Of a stretch of 64,000 nt of DNA, positions 37,641 through 52,600 are shown piece by piece. Both the position numbers and the translations under genes were made by a program. Within the stretch, counting starts at the first letter, position 1; every line of letters starts with the position of its first letter. Location of the stretch: assembly GCA_002633005.1 (NCBI GenBank), contig NMRA01000692.1, forward strand, positions 136,977 to 200,976. Direction: 5' to 3'. The notes beneath the pieces were generated by a model. That model was given only the letters and a program-made list of their open reading frames with translations. It was not told the DNA's origin and did not search any database. Source of the stretch: Phoronis australis (taxonomy: Eukaryota; Animalia; Phoronida).

Positions 37641-40600
37641 CCGGGTGTTGTTGAGGTATCATTCTCAGTGATCAGTATTTTTGCACTAAAACGTATTTAT
37701 CAACATTTAAGGACTGCCTTATCTCTCACTTGTTCTTTGACATAATAGCCAATGTAACAGTGGCGTTGTAGGTCTGAGGTATTAGATCAGTTATTCTTGC
37801 AAAGCTGGTTAGCTACACACAGACACAATCATCAGTAACAGTGTGCATAGACTAACGAGTATCTGCACTTGAACACTCTTGATACTCTTGTTGCTGCCTT
37901 GTCTGTAGTAGAACCTACCAGGCCTAAATCAACTTTTTATTTTAGCTGGCTAAACAGAGCGAATCGTAGCCTTCACTCATGAGCCAATTACATTTTACAT
38001 CATGCAGACACGGCCTTTGTGCTTGGGTTCTTGTGGTGGGTGGTGAGAACTCGCTGAGCATTTATTTAAAATGGATTGTTTGTTGTTGACTTTTGAGTCA
38101 GACCTACATCGACCTACATTGACCTACAATACTGGAAAAAAATACAACCATAATAGTTACCATTGCATACTTGTGTGTTTATGCATTTTCAAAGATATAA
38201 TGTTTTCAGCTTGCAGACGCTGTGCAGATTTACAAGGACTTGGCCGGCATACCTGCCATTACTTCTGCTAAGGTGTGCACAGTCCAGTCAGATGATGGGC
38301 TGGTGTCCATATATTCAGAATGGACACAGAGAGACTTGGAGCGTATGGAAAAAACAAAGTACTCTCGAACCACAGTCTTAAAGAAGTCAGGAGACGGTTA
38401 TCAAACTATCAGCTCCAGTGTACCTCATGAGCTTGGAACTGAGTAGGAATTTTAAAATTCGTATCGTGTTTTTATGCGACTTTATCCTTCTCAAAATATA
38501 AATAACTGGTCATAGAGAATTATGACGTATAGATGGCGCTTGGTATTCGCCCTAGCCGCCATGTTTCTTTTGTCTCTAAACCCATTGTTTAATTAGCGGT
38601 TACGATCATAGAAAATAACTCGCAAGTATTTCTTCACTGTTTATTGGTTACAGCAAACTACGAATGATCGTAACCTGAAAGAACAGAGACGGGGTAAATA
38701 CTAGGTCGCTAACAAGTGACGTGTGATTACAATAGGTTAACAATGCTAGAGATGTGCTAAGGCTACAATAAATGAGGGAATCTTACCGCTAATTAAACAA
38801 TGGGTTTAGAGACAAAAGAAACATGGCGGCTAGGGCGAATACCAAGCGCCATCTATATGTCATAATTCTCTAGGTCAGATCAAGACAAAGGCTACATGGT
38901 TGCCAGCATCCTGTCGAAGCTACTCATATTTTCATTTACTATTGCATCAAAAAAAATAAATCGGTTGCATGTGAAAATTGTGTCTAATTTTTCTGAAAGT
39001 TCTTGTGCGCATTATGAATACAATGCACGGAAGCTCAAGTTTTTTTAGATTGGGAAAACTAGTGGCCTGAATTGAAACCAAACTTGAGTTGTTATATCAA
39101 GTTAGTTTCAATTGTGAATACAAAATTCATACTTTCGCTTTCAGACTTTGGAATATGGAGTCACCCTCGGGAAATCTACGCGCTGTTGTCCGGAAAAGCA
39201 AATCGAGAAAAGGCGATGATAAATTTTTCATTGAGGTAGTAACCAAAATGTTATGAATGCACAACATTAAGACGAGTGTTAGGATTCTCATTTTAAAATG
39301 AGTTTTAGGTTTTGCACAATACATTTTAGTTTGAGCTTACTTTGAAAATTCGCTGTTCAAAATTCTTTTTCTTATTAATAAGTAACATTAGGAGTAATAT
39401 TAAAATCACAAATTTAACTGGTGTAAAGTTACTTTTGAGTCAATGTATCAATATTTTCATTTGGCGAATACATTTTGGACAATTGTTCATCAAGCCTTGT
39501 ATGCTGTAGTTATTCACCAGTTATTCACTAGGTGGCATTAGTGAAGGAAGATTCCTCATTTCAATAACATATGGAGAGTAAGATGCAGTTATCAGCATGG
39601 GGTATTGTAGATGCCGGGGGCTCCATTCAACTACCAGCATGTATATAGAGATACGAATTGATACACTGGCCCCACCTAGTGGATTTTGATTTTTTAACGT
39701 TTATTTCAAAAAATATAATGTATAATAATTAGAGGTAAGCCCAGAGAATTCCGGAAGGCATTATACCATGCTGAATTTTGAGTCATCATTTGTGTTTGTA
39801 TGTTGACATCTTAATATACGTTGTGTTTCTTTAGATATGGAGTATCACTCGCAAACTGAAGACAATTGATGTCACTGCAGCTGACAAACACGGCGACATC
39901 TATGAGCCTGACGGTAAATATGACTGGTTATAGAATTTATTGTGTAGTTTCTAACACTGTTTTTCTAAATGACAATATAGTATTTGCCAAAAGTAATCGG
40001 ATGTAATCTATTTCCAAAACAACTGATAATGAAGCGTCATGCCAGGAACATCTTTTATTAGTGAGTATTATTTCCACCTAACAATCTTTATGTTGAATTC
40101 CTGGTCCTGACAGAAGACTACCTTGACAGTGTGATTCACCCAAGGGTCATGTTAGAGAATCGAGTCATTTTGTCTATTTACTTGTAGCGTATACTCTTAC
40201 TACCTAAACTTATATATACCCACATTCTTTCTAAAATCTGTTAAGTTTATGCCACTTATTGACAGAAAATTTGTTCCTTACTCAGATTTGAAGTGATTTC
40301 TGGGGTAGTTTGTGACTGAAAATTAGTATTTCTTGAGACCATGCTTGGAGCATTAAATGACCAGTAGTCATGTCAAGTCATTGGGCCTGATGTAAGTAGT
40401 GGAACATATATGACCAGTGATTATCTCAAGTCATAGGTCCTGGCATAAGCAGTAAAGAATTTTTGGTTAATTCCAAGCTGGGAAATCATTCTAATGTGAG
40501 TTGGGAACATCTTGAGGGAAATACGTTTGTTAAGTTGTGTGAATCATGAGTCAAAGGTGTACCCAAGGCCAGCACACAANNNNNNNNNNNNNNNNNNNNN

Positions 40601-43600
40601 NNNNNNNNNNNNNNNNNNNNNNNNNNNNNNNNNNNNNNNNNNNNNNNNNNNNNNNNNNNNNNNNNNNNNNNNNNNNNNNNNNNNNNNNNNNNNNNNNNNN
40701 NNNNNNNNNNNNNNNNNNNNNNNNNNNNNNNNNNNNNNNNNNNNNNNNNNNNNNNNNNNNNNNNNNNNNNNNNNNNNNNNNNNNNNNNNNNNNNNNNNNN
40801 NNNNNNNNNNNNNNNNNNNNNNNNNNNNNNNNNNNNNNNNNNNNNNNNNNNNNNNNNNNNNNNNNNNNNNNNNNNNNNNNNNNNNNNNNNNNNNNNNNNN
40901 NNNNNNNNNNNNNNNNNNNNNNNNNNNNNNNNNNNNNNNNNNNNNNNNNNNNNNNNNNNNNNNNNNNNNNNNNNNNNNNNNNNNNNNNNNNNNNNNNNNN
41001 NNNNNNNNNNNNNNNNNNNNNNNNNNNNNNNNNNNNNNNNNNNNNNNNNNNNNNNNNNNNNNNNNNNNNNNNNNNNNNNNNNNNNNNNNNNNNNNNNNNN
41101 NNNNNNNNNNNNNNNNNNNNNNNNNNNNNNNNNNNNNNNNNNNNNNNNNNNNNNNNNNNNNNNNNNNNNNNNNNNNNNNNNNNNNNNNNNNNNNNNNNNN
41201 NNNNNNNNNNNNNNNNNNNNNNNNNNNNNNNNNNNNNNNNNNNNNNNNNNNNNNNNNNNNNNNNNNNNNNNNNNNNNNNNNNNNNNNNNNNNNNNNNNNN
41301 NNNNNNNNNNNNNCCATTACTTCTGCTAAGGTGTGCACAGTCCAGTCAGATGATGGGCTGGTGTCCATATATTCAGAATGGACACAGAGAGACTTGGAGC
41401 GTATGGAAAAAACAAAGTACTCTCGAACCACAGTCTTAAAGAAGTCAGGAGACGGTTATCAAACTATCAGCTCCAGTGTACCTCATGAGCTTGGAACTGA
41501 GTAGGAATTTTAAAATTCGTATCGTGTTTATATGCGACTTTATCCTTCTCAAAATATAAATAACTGGTCAGATCAAGACAAAGGCTACATGGTTGCCAGC
41601 ATCCTGTCGAAGCTACTCATATTTTCATTTACTATTGCATCAAGAAAAATAAATCGGTTGCATGTGAAAATTGTGTCTAATTTTTCTAAAAGTTCTTGTG
41701 CACATTATGAATACAATGCACGGAAGCTCAAATTTCTTTAGATTGTGAAAACTAGTGGCCTGAATTGAAACCAAACTTGAGTTGTTATATCAAGTTAGTT
41801 TCAATTGTGAATACAAAATTCATGCTTTCGCTTTCAGACTTTGGAATATGGAGTCACCCTCGGGAAATCTACGCGCTGTTGTCCGGAAAAGCAAATCGAG
41901 AAAAGGCGATGACAAATTTTTCATTGAGGTAGTAACCATAATGTTATGAATGCACAACATTATGAAGAGTGTTAGGATTCTCATTTTAAAATGAGTTTTA
42001 GGTTTTACACAATACGTTTTAGTTTGAGCTTATTTTGAAAATTTGCTGTTCAAAATTCTTTTTCTTATTAATAAGTAACACTAGGAGTAATATTAAAATC
42101 ACAAATTTAATTGTTGTAAAGTTACTTTTGAGTCAATGTATCAGTATTTTCATTTGGCGAATACATTTTGGACAATTGTTCATCAAGCCTTGTATACTTT
42201 TTAATATGCATTTGTATGTAACCCAAGCATGCTTTTTGCATTTAAAATCCAGACATACTTGCCACTTATGATTTAGTTCATTTGGTTTACTCATTCACTT
42301 TTTAGTTGTCTGTCGTCAGTGCAATATTGAACAGATCAAATCATTAAAAGTGTTGAGGTGTATGAGAAACTTGTTATTCACCAGTTATTCACTAGGTGGC
42401 GTTAGTGAAGGAAGATTCCTCATTTCAATAACATATGGAGAGTAAGATGCAGTTATCAGCATGGGGTATTGTAGATGCCGGGGGCTTCATGCAACTACCA
42501 GCATGTTTTTATATAGAGATACGAATTGATACACTGGCCCCACCTAGTGGATTTTGATTTTTTAACGTTTATTTCAAAAAATATAATGTATAATTATTAG
42601 AGGTAAGCCCAGAAAATTCCGGAAGGCATTATATCATGCTGAATTTTTAGTCGTTATTTGTGTTCGTATGTTGGCATCTTAAAATACGTTGTGTTTCTTT
42701 AGATATGGAGTATCACTCGCAAACTGAAGACAATTGATGTCACTGCAGCTGACAAACACGGCGACATCTATGAGCCTGACGGTAACTAACTATGACTGGT
42801 TATGGAATTTATTGTGTAGTTTCTAACACTGTTTTTCTAAATGACAATATAGTATTTGGCAAAAGTAATCGGATGTAATCTATTTCCAAAACAACTGATA
42901 ATGAAGCGTCATGCCAGGAGCATCTTTTATTAGTGAGTATTATTTCCACCTAACAATCTTTATGTTGAATTCCTGGTCCTGACAGAAGACTACCTTGACA
43001 GTGTGATTCACCCAAGGGTCATGTTAGAGAATCGAGTCATTTTGTCTATTTACTTGCGGCGTATACTCTTACTACCTAAACTTATTTATACCCACATTCT
43101 TTCTAAAATCTGCCACTTATTGACAGACTATTTGTTCCTTACTCAGATTTGAAGTGATTTCTGGGGTAGTTAGTGACTGAAAATTAGTATTTCTTGAGAC
43201 CATGCTTGGAGCATTAAATGACCAGTGGTCACGTCAAGTCATTGGGCCTGGTGTAAGCAGTGGGACATAAATGACCAGTGATTACCTCAAGTCATAGGTC
43301 CTGGCATAAGCAGTAAAGAATTTTTGGTTAATTCCAAGCTGGGAAATCATTCTAATGTGAGTTGGGAACATCTTGAGGGAAATACGTTTGTTAAGTTGTG
43401 TGAATCATGAGTCACAGGTGTACCCAAGGCCAGCACACAATGGTGCAAGTTAAATGTTTGGTTACACACTCAGACACCTAACATGATCTGTTGAATACTT
43501 TCAAATGAACTTGTTTCACCACCATAGTTTGACTACTCAGTTATTGGCAAGTCTCACTCCACTGTGTCCATTACAACTGTAGGGATTATGTAACTAGTTG

Positions 43601-46600
43601 TATGTATATTTTTAATTTTAATTTTAATTTCAATTATCTTGTCACAGGGCTTGGAATTTTCCGCGGAAACGCGGATTTCCGCTTTTTTCAATGTGCTTTC
43701 CGCTTTTTTTATAATATTTCCACGTAAAAAAATCGGATTTGATATAAAATTTCCGCGGCAAATTCCTTTCTTACCGCGGCGTTGCAGACGACGTTCACCT
43801 CGAAAAGCGGAAGTTGCTCTTTATGTTTCGGAGGAACTTAAATTGTCAACATTGCCGGGGCATCTGGGACAGCGTGGTGTGATTTTCAATGGCGTCTCGT
43901 GTTATTGTTAAGCGCGGCGGCAAATACTACCGCTCTGCAGCCAAAAATGTGTGGGTTGGGAGTGCATGGGCGAGCTAAAAGGACGCAGACGCATGCTACT
44001 GATGGTACTGATGGTGGTAATGTTTTTTTTTTTTAGTCCTCCCGATTTTTGTTGGCGAAAGGTTCACATTGACCATTTCAAGACTGTTTATCGGGCATGA
44101 TTTGGGCCATAAAAGTTTCAAAGTTTCCACGTTTTGTTGTCAGTATTACATGTTAACGAGGCTATGTGTTGTCTGTTTCTGTTTTCATTAATGGTCAACA
44201 TGTATAAAGCCTACTATTCACTAATTTTTAGGTGCTTTTGGATCCCTTGACTGGTCCTCTTCAGAGGGTCACTTGCTGTATGTGGCTGAGAAAAAGCGAG
44301 CTAAGTCCATGTCATATTTTGATCCAAAGGCTGAGCAGGCATCGGAGGATTCTGATGAAACACCAAAAGGTAATAACAGCTAGTCAAAGAAAAATTAAAT
44401 CTTTTCCACTGCACTATTGTACTTATTGTGTTTAACCCCTTGTGACGTGTATTTGGAGTGATGGTCATATCTGGTGTGGGAATCTTTACCTGTTCGGCCA
44501 TTACAATCATTCCAATATTCCTCTAGGAGGTAGCGGGGCGCTCCCAAGGACTTAAGGATTTTTAGTAGTTAGTACCATAATACAGTTGAACATAGTTAAA
44601 TTCTCTTTGATTATTAACTTTCTTGGAAATAGCAACAGTTGGTTCGTTCACAAACTACCGATGAATGTAGCATATTTGCTTGCAGTATTGGATCCTTGAA
44701 GGATGGCTTGAAGGGCTTCCAATACAACATAGCACTCGTCTGGTTTTCCATTCACTGCGACTTATGTTGCATTCATCGTCAAACTTTCATTCCTAACTTA
44801 TCTGCCACTAAATGCTCACTTACTCCTCTACGTTTTTTTAAGCAAGGGAACATATTAATCATAATTTTTATGAGACTTGGGTTTCATTTCAGTCTAGCTG
44901 CTATACACTCCCTTTCTTTCTCAGTATGCAGTAGAATACAGTAGAATACAATATAATACAGTAGAATACAGTAGAATACAGTGCAATACAGTATAATACA
45001 GTAGAATACTGTATAATACAGTAGAATACAGTATAATACAGTAGAATACAGTAGAATACAGTGCAATACAGTGTAATACCGTCACTGTAGAATATATTAG
45101 AATGCAACAGTATGCAGTAGAATACAGTATAATACAGTAGAATACAGTATAATACAGTTGAATACAGTATAATACAGTAGAATACAGTAGAATACAATGC
45201 AATACAGTACAATACAGTACAATACTGTCACTGTAGAATATATTAGAATGCAAAAGTATGCAGTAGAATACAGTACAATACAGTATAATATAGTATAATA
45301 CTGTAGAATACAGCATAATACAGTAGAATACAGTGCAATACAGTAGAATATAGTGCAATACAGTACAATACAGTACAATACCGTCACTGTAGAATACATT
45401 AGAATGCAACAGTATGCAGTAGAATACAGTACAATACCATCACTGTAGAATATATTAGAATGCAACAGTATGCAGCAGAATATTGTAGAATACAGTACAA
45501 TACAGTGCAATACAGTTACTGTAGAATACAGTAGAATGCAGTTGTATTCAGTAGAATACTGTAGAAAACGCTAGCTGTCTAGCATAACTATTCCTTAATA
45601 GTTGATGAAAAATTAATAAACCAGTCATCTGGTCAACTGTTGTTTAATCACCAAAGTTGTGAGGGCACCGTGCCTCCTTGAATTAATCACATACTACATA
45701 ATCGATAATTATTAGTTTTCCTGTATGGATAAACATCCATGATTTTATTACATCTGTTTCTTCTATTAAATTTATTTACTAGACTTAATTTACCTGTTTC
45801 TGTTTTGTTTATTGCCATACCTGTTTGTCCTAATACTTTCACAAACTAAATACACAATGTTATGAAATTGATAGAGCAGAACTTACTTGTGCAGTATATC
45901 CTGATGAACAAGGTAGTTCACTATTAGTCAGACTTTCTTACTTATTATTTATATGTTAAGCCATGTATTGTTTTTCCTAATAAATATATCCATTTCCTGT
46001 AACCAGGTGATGAGAATGTGTTTCATGAAGAATGGGGGGAGCTCCTTGTTGGTAAACACCAACCTGTATTGTGCGTGTTGGATGTGGACACAGGATGTGT
46101 CAGTGTGCTGGAGAATGTACCTGAGGATATCTCACCTGGTCAGGTAAAACACAAGTCTATTAATCATTAGGCGAAATGATTGTAATAGAATCTCAGGGAT
46201 TACAGGGACTATAAACTTGACACGCTTTTATCAGCGATTTCAATAGTGGGGGCAATAAGCATGGTAATTACGTCTGGTCTGGCAATGGAACTACTTTTAA
46301 CTGAATGGTAAGATGCCTTGAACGTCAGCACAACATTCACATATGAAACTTTTTTTCGGTGGCCAAATTTACGATTCAGTAACACCGCGCGACATTAAGT
46401 TTATACAGTACAGCACTTTTTCGACATGTCTATTTAGTTAACTCAATATCTACAGAATTAGAAGGTTCAGGAGAAGCACAGTCTAGTCGCATTACAATGT
46501 ACCTGTCGTTTATATCGTTCGATCGCTACAATATACCGCATTTGCCCTAATAAGGGCTCATGCCCCTATAAGCGCCCCCCATGCGTTTTCAGACTTTGCT

Positions 46601-49600
46601 AAAATAAACGCCCAGTCCATGAACGCCGTGTACATGCGAAAAGTGCCTTACCTACAGTTCTAAAATTCTACAGTAACGTCTTCAATTTATCAATAAGATC
46701 CAATAATCCTGAAAAAAATCATTGTGCACGGAATTTGTAGACCAAGAGCCTCGCCGCTATGTCGGTAATACTATTTACGTGTGACTATACACTTCAATCT
46801 TCCGCCGTGCTTCAAAAAGAGCGCAAGTTTTGCTGATCTTTTGAGGGACTTGTCTTATTATGGTCAGGCCTTTCAGAGCAGACGCAGCGTACTTGTCAAA
46901 GGGATTGTATTGTACCTTTCCTGTACAGATCTTCTCCCTCAACAGGAATCCAAAAATCTCTTTGTACCCGTGAAAGCCGCAAATCGAAGACTCACAAAAA
47001 TTTGACCTTTGTTCAGTTACAAGCACGTGGCTAGGAAAACGTGGTTAGGAAGCGCGCGCTACATTCAAGAATCTGTCATCGAAGATTAGTCTTCCGGAAC
47101 TATCTATTCATGAAACAGGTAGCATAGCATTGGCAAGAAATAAATACTCACTGGTACTTATTTCGGAAAGTTTCTAATACTGTAAAAAACGTTTGCGTTT
47201 GGGAATTATTAAATTAGTTGTAATTGGTGTTTTTTAAAGTCAAAATGACCCAGTGATAGTCAACACTTCTGCACCCTTACACCTCCGAATCTCCCGAAAT
47301 ATATCTCTTAGGCTGTCACACATCCAGTCACCCGGCAACTCCATGACATCGACCTTACCAAGACAATTCTTGAGCGGTTTTAGCAGATGTGATCAACAAG
47401 TGCTAAACAAAACACGTTCTGCTTTACTGCTTGTGTTAATTTCTGTAGTTACCATGAACACCAAGATCTTTACATCGCGTTTACTCTGGCAAATGAAATC
47501 TGATGACTCGCACGCTCTCGCTCGCTCGCACAATACACAGGCGAACTTCAAAACAAACTTCAAACGACAACATGTGTGTTCATCCAGAGATTTTCCTCGT
47601 GTTGCGGAGTACGATCTAGTGTATATTTGGACTTAATATGTAGTTAATCCCGACTCCGCTGGAACTTTAATATCACAGGGATGCTATTTTGAAAATTTAA
47701 GGAGGACTTCAGGTTTACTTATTTGTTGAGTCGAAACTATATTTTTACTCAAGAATTCAACTTGACCTATCGGCGTTCGCGAGGCAGCGACGCATCAGTC
47801 GGCAAGTCTTTGCACTGGGATTTTCTGCAAAATGTTCGTAATTTAACAGCAAAGTTTGATAGCAATGCACTGCAATTTTGTAGAAACTCTGTCATAGGTT
47901 ACAGATGCGTCACAGAGCGTAAATTTGATGAATTCTAGCTTACAATTTCACCTGTTTTGGAGACCAGGTTTCAACCACTTTTGGGCTATAATAAGCCCCC
48001 CCCTTCCTGAAGCGAATTTTTCTAAGTGCCCTGGGCACTTATTAGGGCGAATACGGTATTGTATTGTCTCACTGATACGAAATGCACATCGAGGACAGTA
48101 ATTAACATGTCTCTCCAAGATTACCAGGGGGTTGTATTTTCACTAGGTGACTTCAAAAATAGCTACAACCCCCATTAATAACTTGGTTTCATTGTCATAT
48201 GTCCATTTTAGTCTTTGCATGAATGACACTAGCATGAGATCGCTGTTGAGATTGTTTGTTCCAATCCAGGCACTCTGGGTACCAGGTGACAGTGGTGTGG
48301 TATTCGTCGGCTGGTCACATGAACCGTTCAGGCTTGGAATTACTTATTGTCCTATCAGAAGCAGCGCCATCTATCACATTGATTTCCAGTCAGCAACATG
48401 TAGTAAGTGAGGCCTTTTTGTCTATTTTTTACTTAAGTTTTGTTTTATTATAGTCACATATGTTAGACACTGTTGTACTTTAATCCATTGTGCATGGAAA
48501 AAGGGCCGTTTTTTGCCAAATTATTTCAGCAGATATTATTAATAAAGTTTGTCTGTGTGTAGCATTGAGAGAGACTGATTTAGCTCAAAAACGTATGCTA
48601 ATGCTTTTATTTACCAAATGAAATTGATTACTTACTTTTTTTCAAAATCCGACTGGTATTCGACTAAGGATTTTTATGCTTGTATTTACCGACGGGTTCT
48701 CAAATGTCTGCGGATTACCTGGTTTCTTTTGATTCAGGAATGTTTCGTGAAATGTCTGAAAGAAGTGTCACAGAGATTATCATCTGCAGCACAGTACACA
48801 TCAAAAGTAAATGGACAAAATTCCGCTTAACTGTCCAATTGGTAATGACCAGTCATGACTGGTTATGACCTGTCTTGATTGGCAATGAACAGTCATGTCA
48901 AGTAATGACTGGTAATGACCTGCACACATCCTAACTGGTTATGACCAGTCATGACTGGTTATGACCTGTCTTGATTGGCAATGAACAGTCATGTCAAGTA
49001 ATGACTGGTAATGACCTGCACACATCCTAACTGGTTATGACCAGTCAGGACAGGTTATGAACAGTCATGTCAAGTAATGACTGGTAATGAACTGCACACA
49101 TCCTGACTGGTTATGACCTGTCAAAGTGGGAATGTTCTTCTTTCCACCTACTCTGACTGGAAAATAGTTCCACTTGCACTGCAACATCATGACTGGGTAA
49201 ACTGCATACGCTCAGTTATCATGTTAATGCCAGGTCATTTTTTGTTCGACTTTTGTGCTCATTTGAAACATTTGCTGAAGTTTGCCATTATTTTGTCTCT
49301 CTTCAGCTGTAGTGGGCTCCCTAGACCAGTCTGTTCGCAACCCTATCTTCAGCCCAGACAAAACCAAGTTGGTTTTCCTCCAGAATCCTGTCGGTGGCCC
49401 CCACATAAGGTGTTCACAGCTTGTACAGGTTGGAAGTTAATAACATGTAGTGTGGACTGCATTAGACTTATGTTAATTCAGCTTAGATTTGCTTTAAACC
49501 CATTTTGTGTCTGAAAAAAGCTTGAACCACTTATCTTTATAATTTGTCTTTTGTAACTTATTATCAATTACTTCCCTTCACAGACTAGAAGTGAGCTTGT

Positions 49601-52600
49601 CAATACCTGTGGCCAGGGTCTCATCTCTGAACTCAGATTAGAAGTGAGCTTTTCAATACCTGTGCCCAGGGTCTCATCTCTGAACTCAGACTAGAAGTGA
49701 GCTTGTCAATACCTGTGCCCAGGTTCCCATCTCTGAACTCAGATTAGAAGTGAGGTTTTCAATACCTATGGCCAGGGTCTCATCTCTGAACTCTGATTAG
49801 AAGTGAGCTTTTCAATACCTGTGCCCAGGGTCTCATCTCTGAACTCAGATTAGAAGTGAACTTGTCAATACCTGTGGCCAGGGTCTCATCTCTGAACTCT
49901 GATTAGAAGTGAGCTTTTCAATACCTGTGCCCAGGGTCTCATCTCTGAACTCAGATTAGAAGTGAGCTTGTCAATACATGTGGCCAGGGTCTCATCTCTG
50001 AACTCAGATTAGAAGTGAGCTTGTCAATACCTGTGCCCAGGGTCTCATCTCTGAGCTCAGACTAGAAGTGAGCTTGTCAATACCTGTGGCCAGGGTTTCA
50101 TCTCTGAACTCAGACTCAAAAGCAAATTAATCATGCCACTTGATTGTCATACAAATTTGCAAGTTTTCTCGAAGTATGCAATGCAATAGGTCAATTTTTA
50201 GTTACATTATGATTACATAAAATAGTGACCCTGGCAGTTTATTATAAGTATCTGAAGCTACGTATAAAATGACCGGTTATGAGCCTCAAGAAGTTAGACT
50301 TACTGAGCCTTGTCTTGAGTTATAACAAATTGTAAATTCAGTTACCATTAAGGGGCTCCGAATTTTGAGAACCAGTTTTCTCCACTGAATAACAAGAATC
50401 CAACTGGTTCTCAAAATCCAGGACTCTGTTTCTGTCAAATTTTCCCATGTCTAGAATTCACTTCTAATTTGAGGTGAGGAACAATTTGAGACCAATAAAG
50501 ACTGGTAATTATTTCAGACAAGGCTTGTAATGGAAAGAACCAGATTTATTTCAGACCAAGCTTGTAATGGTAACATTTTAAGTTTTTCACACAAGACATA
50601 TTTGTTGCAGCCTTGTGATATATGAGAAACTTCCTTTGTGACCTTGACCTTATGGCTAATCCAGATTGTTGTCTCAAAAGACTGTCTCGTTTTTTCACAA
50701 ACTTGCACTTAGTTTTCTATTCCTTAGGTGTCTAAAGCTCATTTTTCAACAGTGACAATCTGACAGAGATGTATTTATGCTCTCACATATTATGTGGGTG
50801 CATATTGCTGTCATCTCGGTCTGGGCGTCCAGCGTCTGCAGCTGTATCTCTTAAATTCCTCACAGGATCTTGATAAAATTTGGCAGATTTGTTTCTTTGA
50901 AGCTGACGATGGATGACGACAAATTTCAGACCTCTCCAATTACCGGTGTGCCCCCTAGTGGCACTTTTAGTTTTTTTACGCTTACATCTGTATCTTGAAA
51001 GGTCCTCAACGGATTTTTATGAAATATGGCACATAGACATCAATTAGATTACGCTACCCTCCCGCTTTCGGATGGATTCGAGTTATTTTCCGCCACCCAG
51101 TGGCCATTTTTGCTGTTTTTTGGCGTCCGCCTCTCTATCAACCAAACCTTTCTAAGTATGATTGTAAATATCTGCATGTATGTTCTTAGTGTGAAGAGGA
51201 CGGTTGACGATGATTTTGCGACAACTTCAACTACTGTGGCGCCTCTTGGTGGCAGTTTTTTGTACCTGTAGCTGTATCTCCTAAACCCACTGCAGGAGCT
51301 TTATTAAAGTTGGGAAGTGTATTCATAATGAAGTTGACCCGAGACGACGACAATTTTAAGTTGGATTGGTCGAACAGTGTGTCCCCTAGTGGCAATTTCA
51401 TTTTCTTCCATTTTCCTCTGTTTCTCTGAAGTTGCTTGATGTATTTTGATGAAATTTAATAAATTGTTTTCTATTAACATGACATGTTCTCGTTTTCGAA
51501 CATATTTTGCACCATCTAGTGGCCATTTTTATGACACACTCATAGAAGTTCACAGTTTGCGGTGCATTTCGTGGGCGCATTTTAATGCTCTGCGTCGCTC
51601 TTGTTCATATTATTGCAGTGACAAAGGCTTCAGTCTTGTCATCTTCAGAAGCGGAAAACATCTGACAGTTTTTTGTCATTTTAGGATGAAAACATGAAAC
51701 TTTTAGACTTCGAGTTCGTATACTAACTGAATTTCAAAAGTCTTGAACATCAGTTTTGTGTTCATCTAGAAACTGTCTTCGTGTCACTGAACTTGCTTTA
51801 TATGGCATGTACTAAACACATGGATTTCTATTTTAGTGTGACTGGCAGACAAAGTGTTGTTCAGTCATAGTAGACATCATACATAAACCAGGTAAAGTAT
51901 TTAATTACACGGTGAGCTCAGGTGTTGGTTGTATCATGATCACATAATGACTTGTGTTTCAAGTTACGATGAAATAAGAATGGAGCAATCTATCAAGTCA
52001 AAAATATCAGCTGTAAGCTCCGTCCCGGTGACAGCGTAGATTTACTTCACGTTTCAAAATTAAATGAAAACATTGGGCATTCGCTGTTGAGTTCATCTTC
52101 AGTACGAGTTATCAAAACATCATTTGATATTACTTCAATCTTTAACTTTGACTTTTGGAGGAAAGATCAACCTCAGTAATGTTTATTTTGTGTTGTTTAG
52201 TCTCTATTTCTTTCTTAAACATATATGCTAATAGTCAACAGAGAACAAGTAATGGTTAATAAAATATATATTAAATCTGTACCTGCCAGTGAAATAATAT
52301 GAAGGAATCTCTAACAAATGAAATTTAAGTTTTCACTATGTCAGGTTCATGCGATTATAGATTCATTTCCTTTTGTTGTAGAAAGTGAAGATTTCCAAGG
52401 TCTATTCCTTCTCTCTCTGGCGCCGCGGTGTTGGGTGAAGGACAGCACAAGGCTTGTACTTCAGTCATATTGTCGCAGTAAACAGGTACACTACTAACAG
52501 GTATACAAGTACAGTAAAAAGGTACACATATAAACAGGTACACACAAACAGGTACACTCAAACGGGTACACACAAATGGGTACACACAAATGGGTATGCA

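Noticed and set aside
40512-41504. ~300-aa ORFs in the ORF track
   Set aside because: Artefacts of translating through the N gap.
44884-45510. Cys/Tyr-rich ORFs (YCILLY...)
   Set aside because: Translations of a simple satellite.
46775-47940. Transposase within the mariner-like element
   Set aside because: Only short ORFs, with no recognisable HTH or DDE motifs.
49581-50116. Regularly spaced repeats (also 31146-31430 and 60135-60443) as CRISPR arrays
   Set aside because: Units are contiguous head to tail with no unique spacers, there are no cas genes, and the context is eukaryotic intron.
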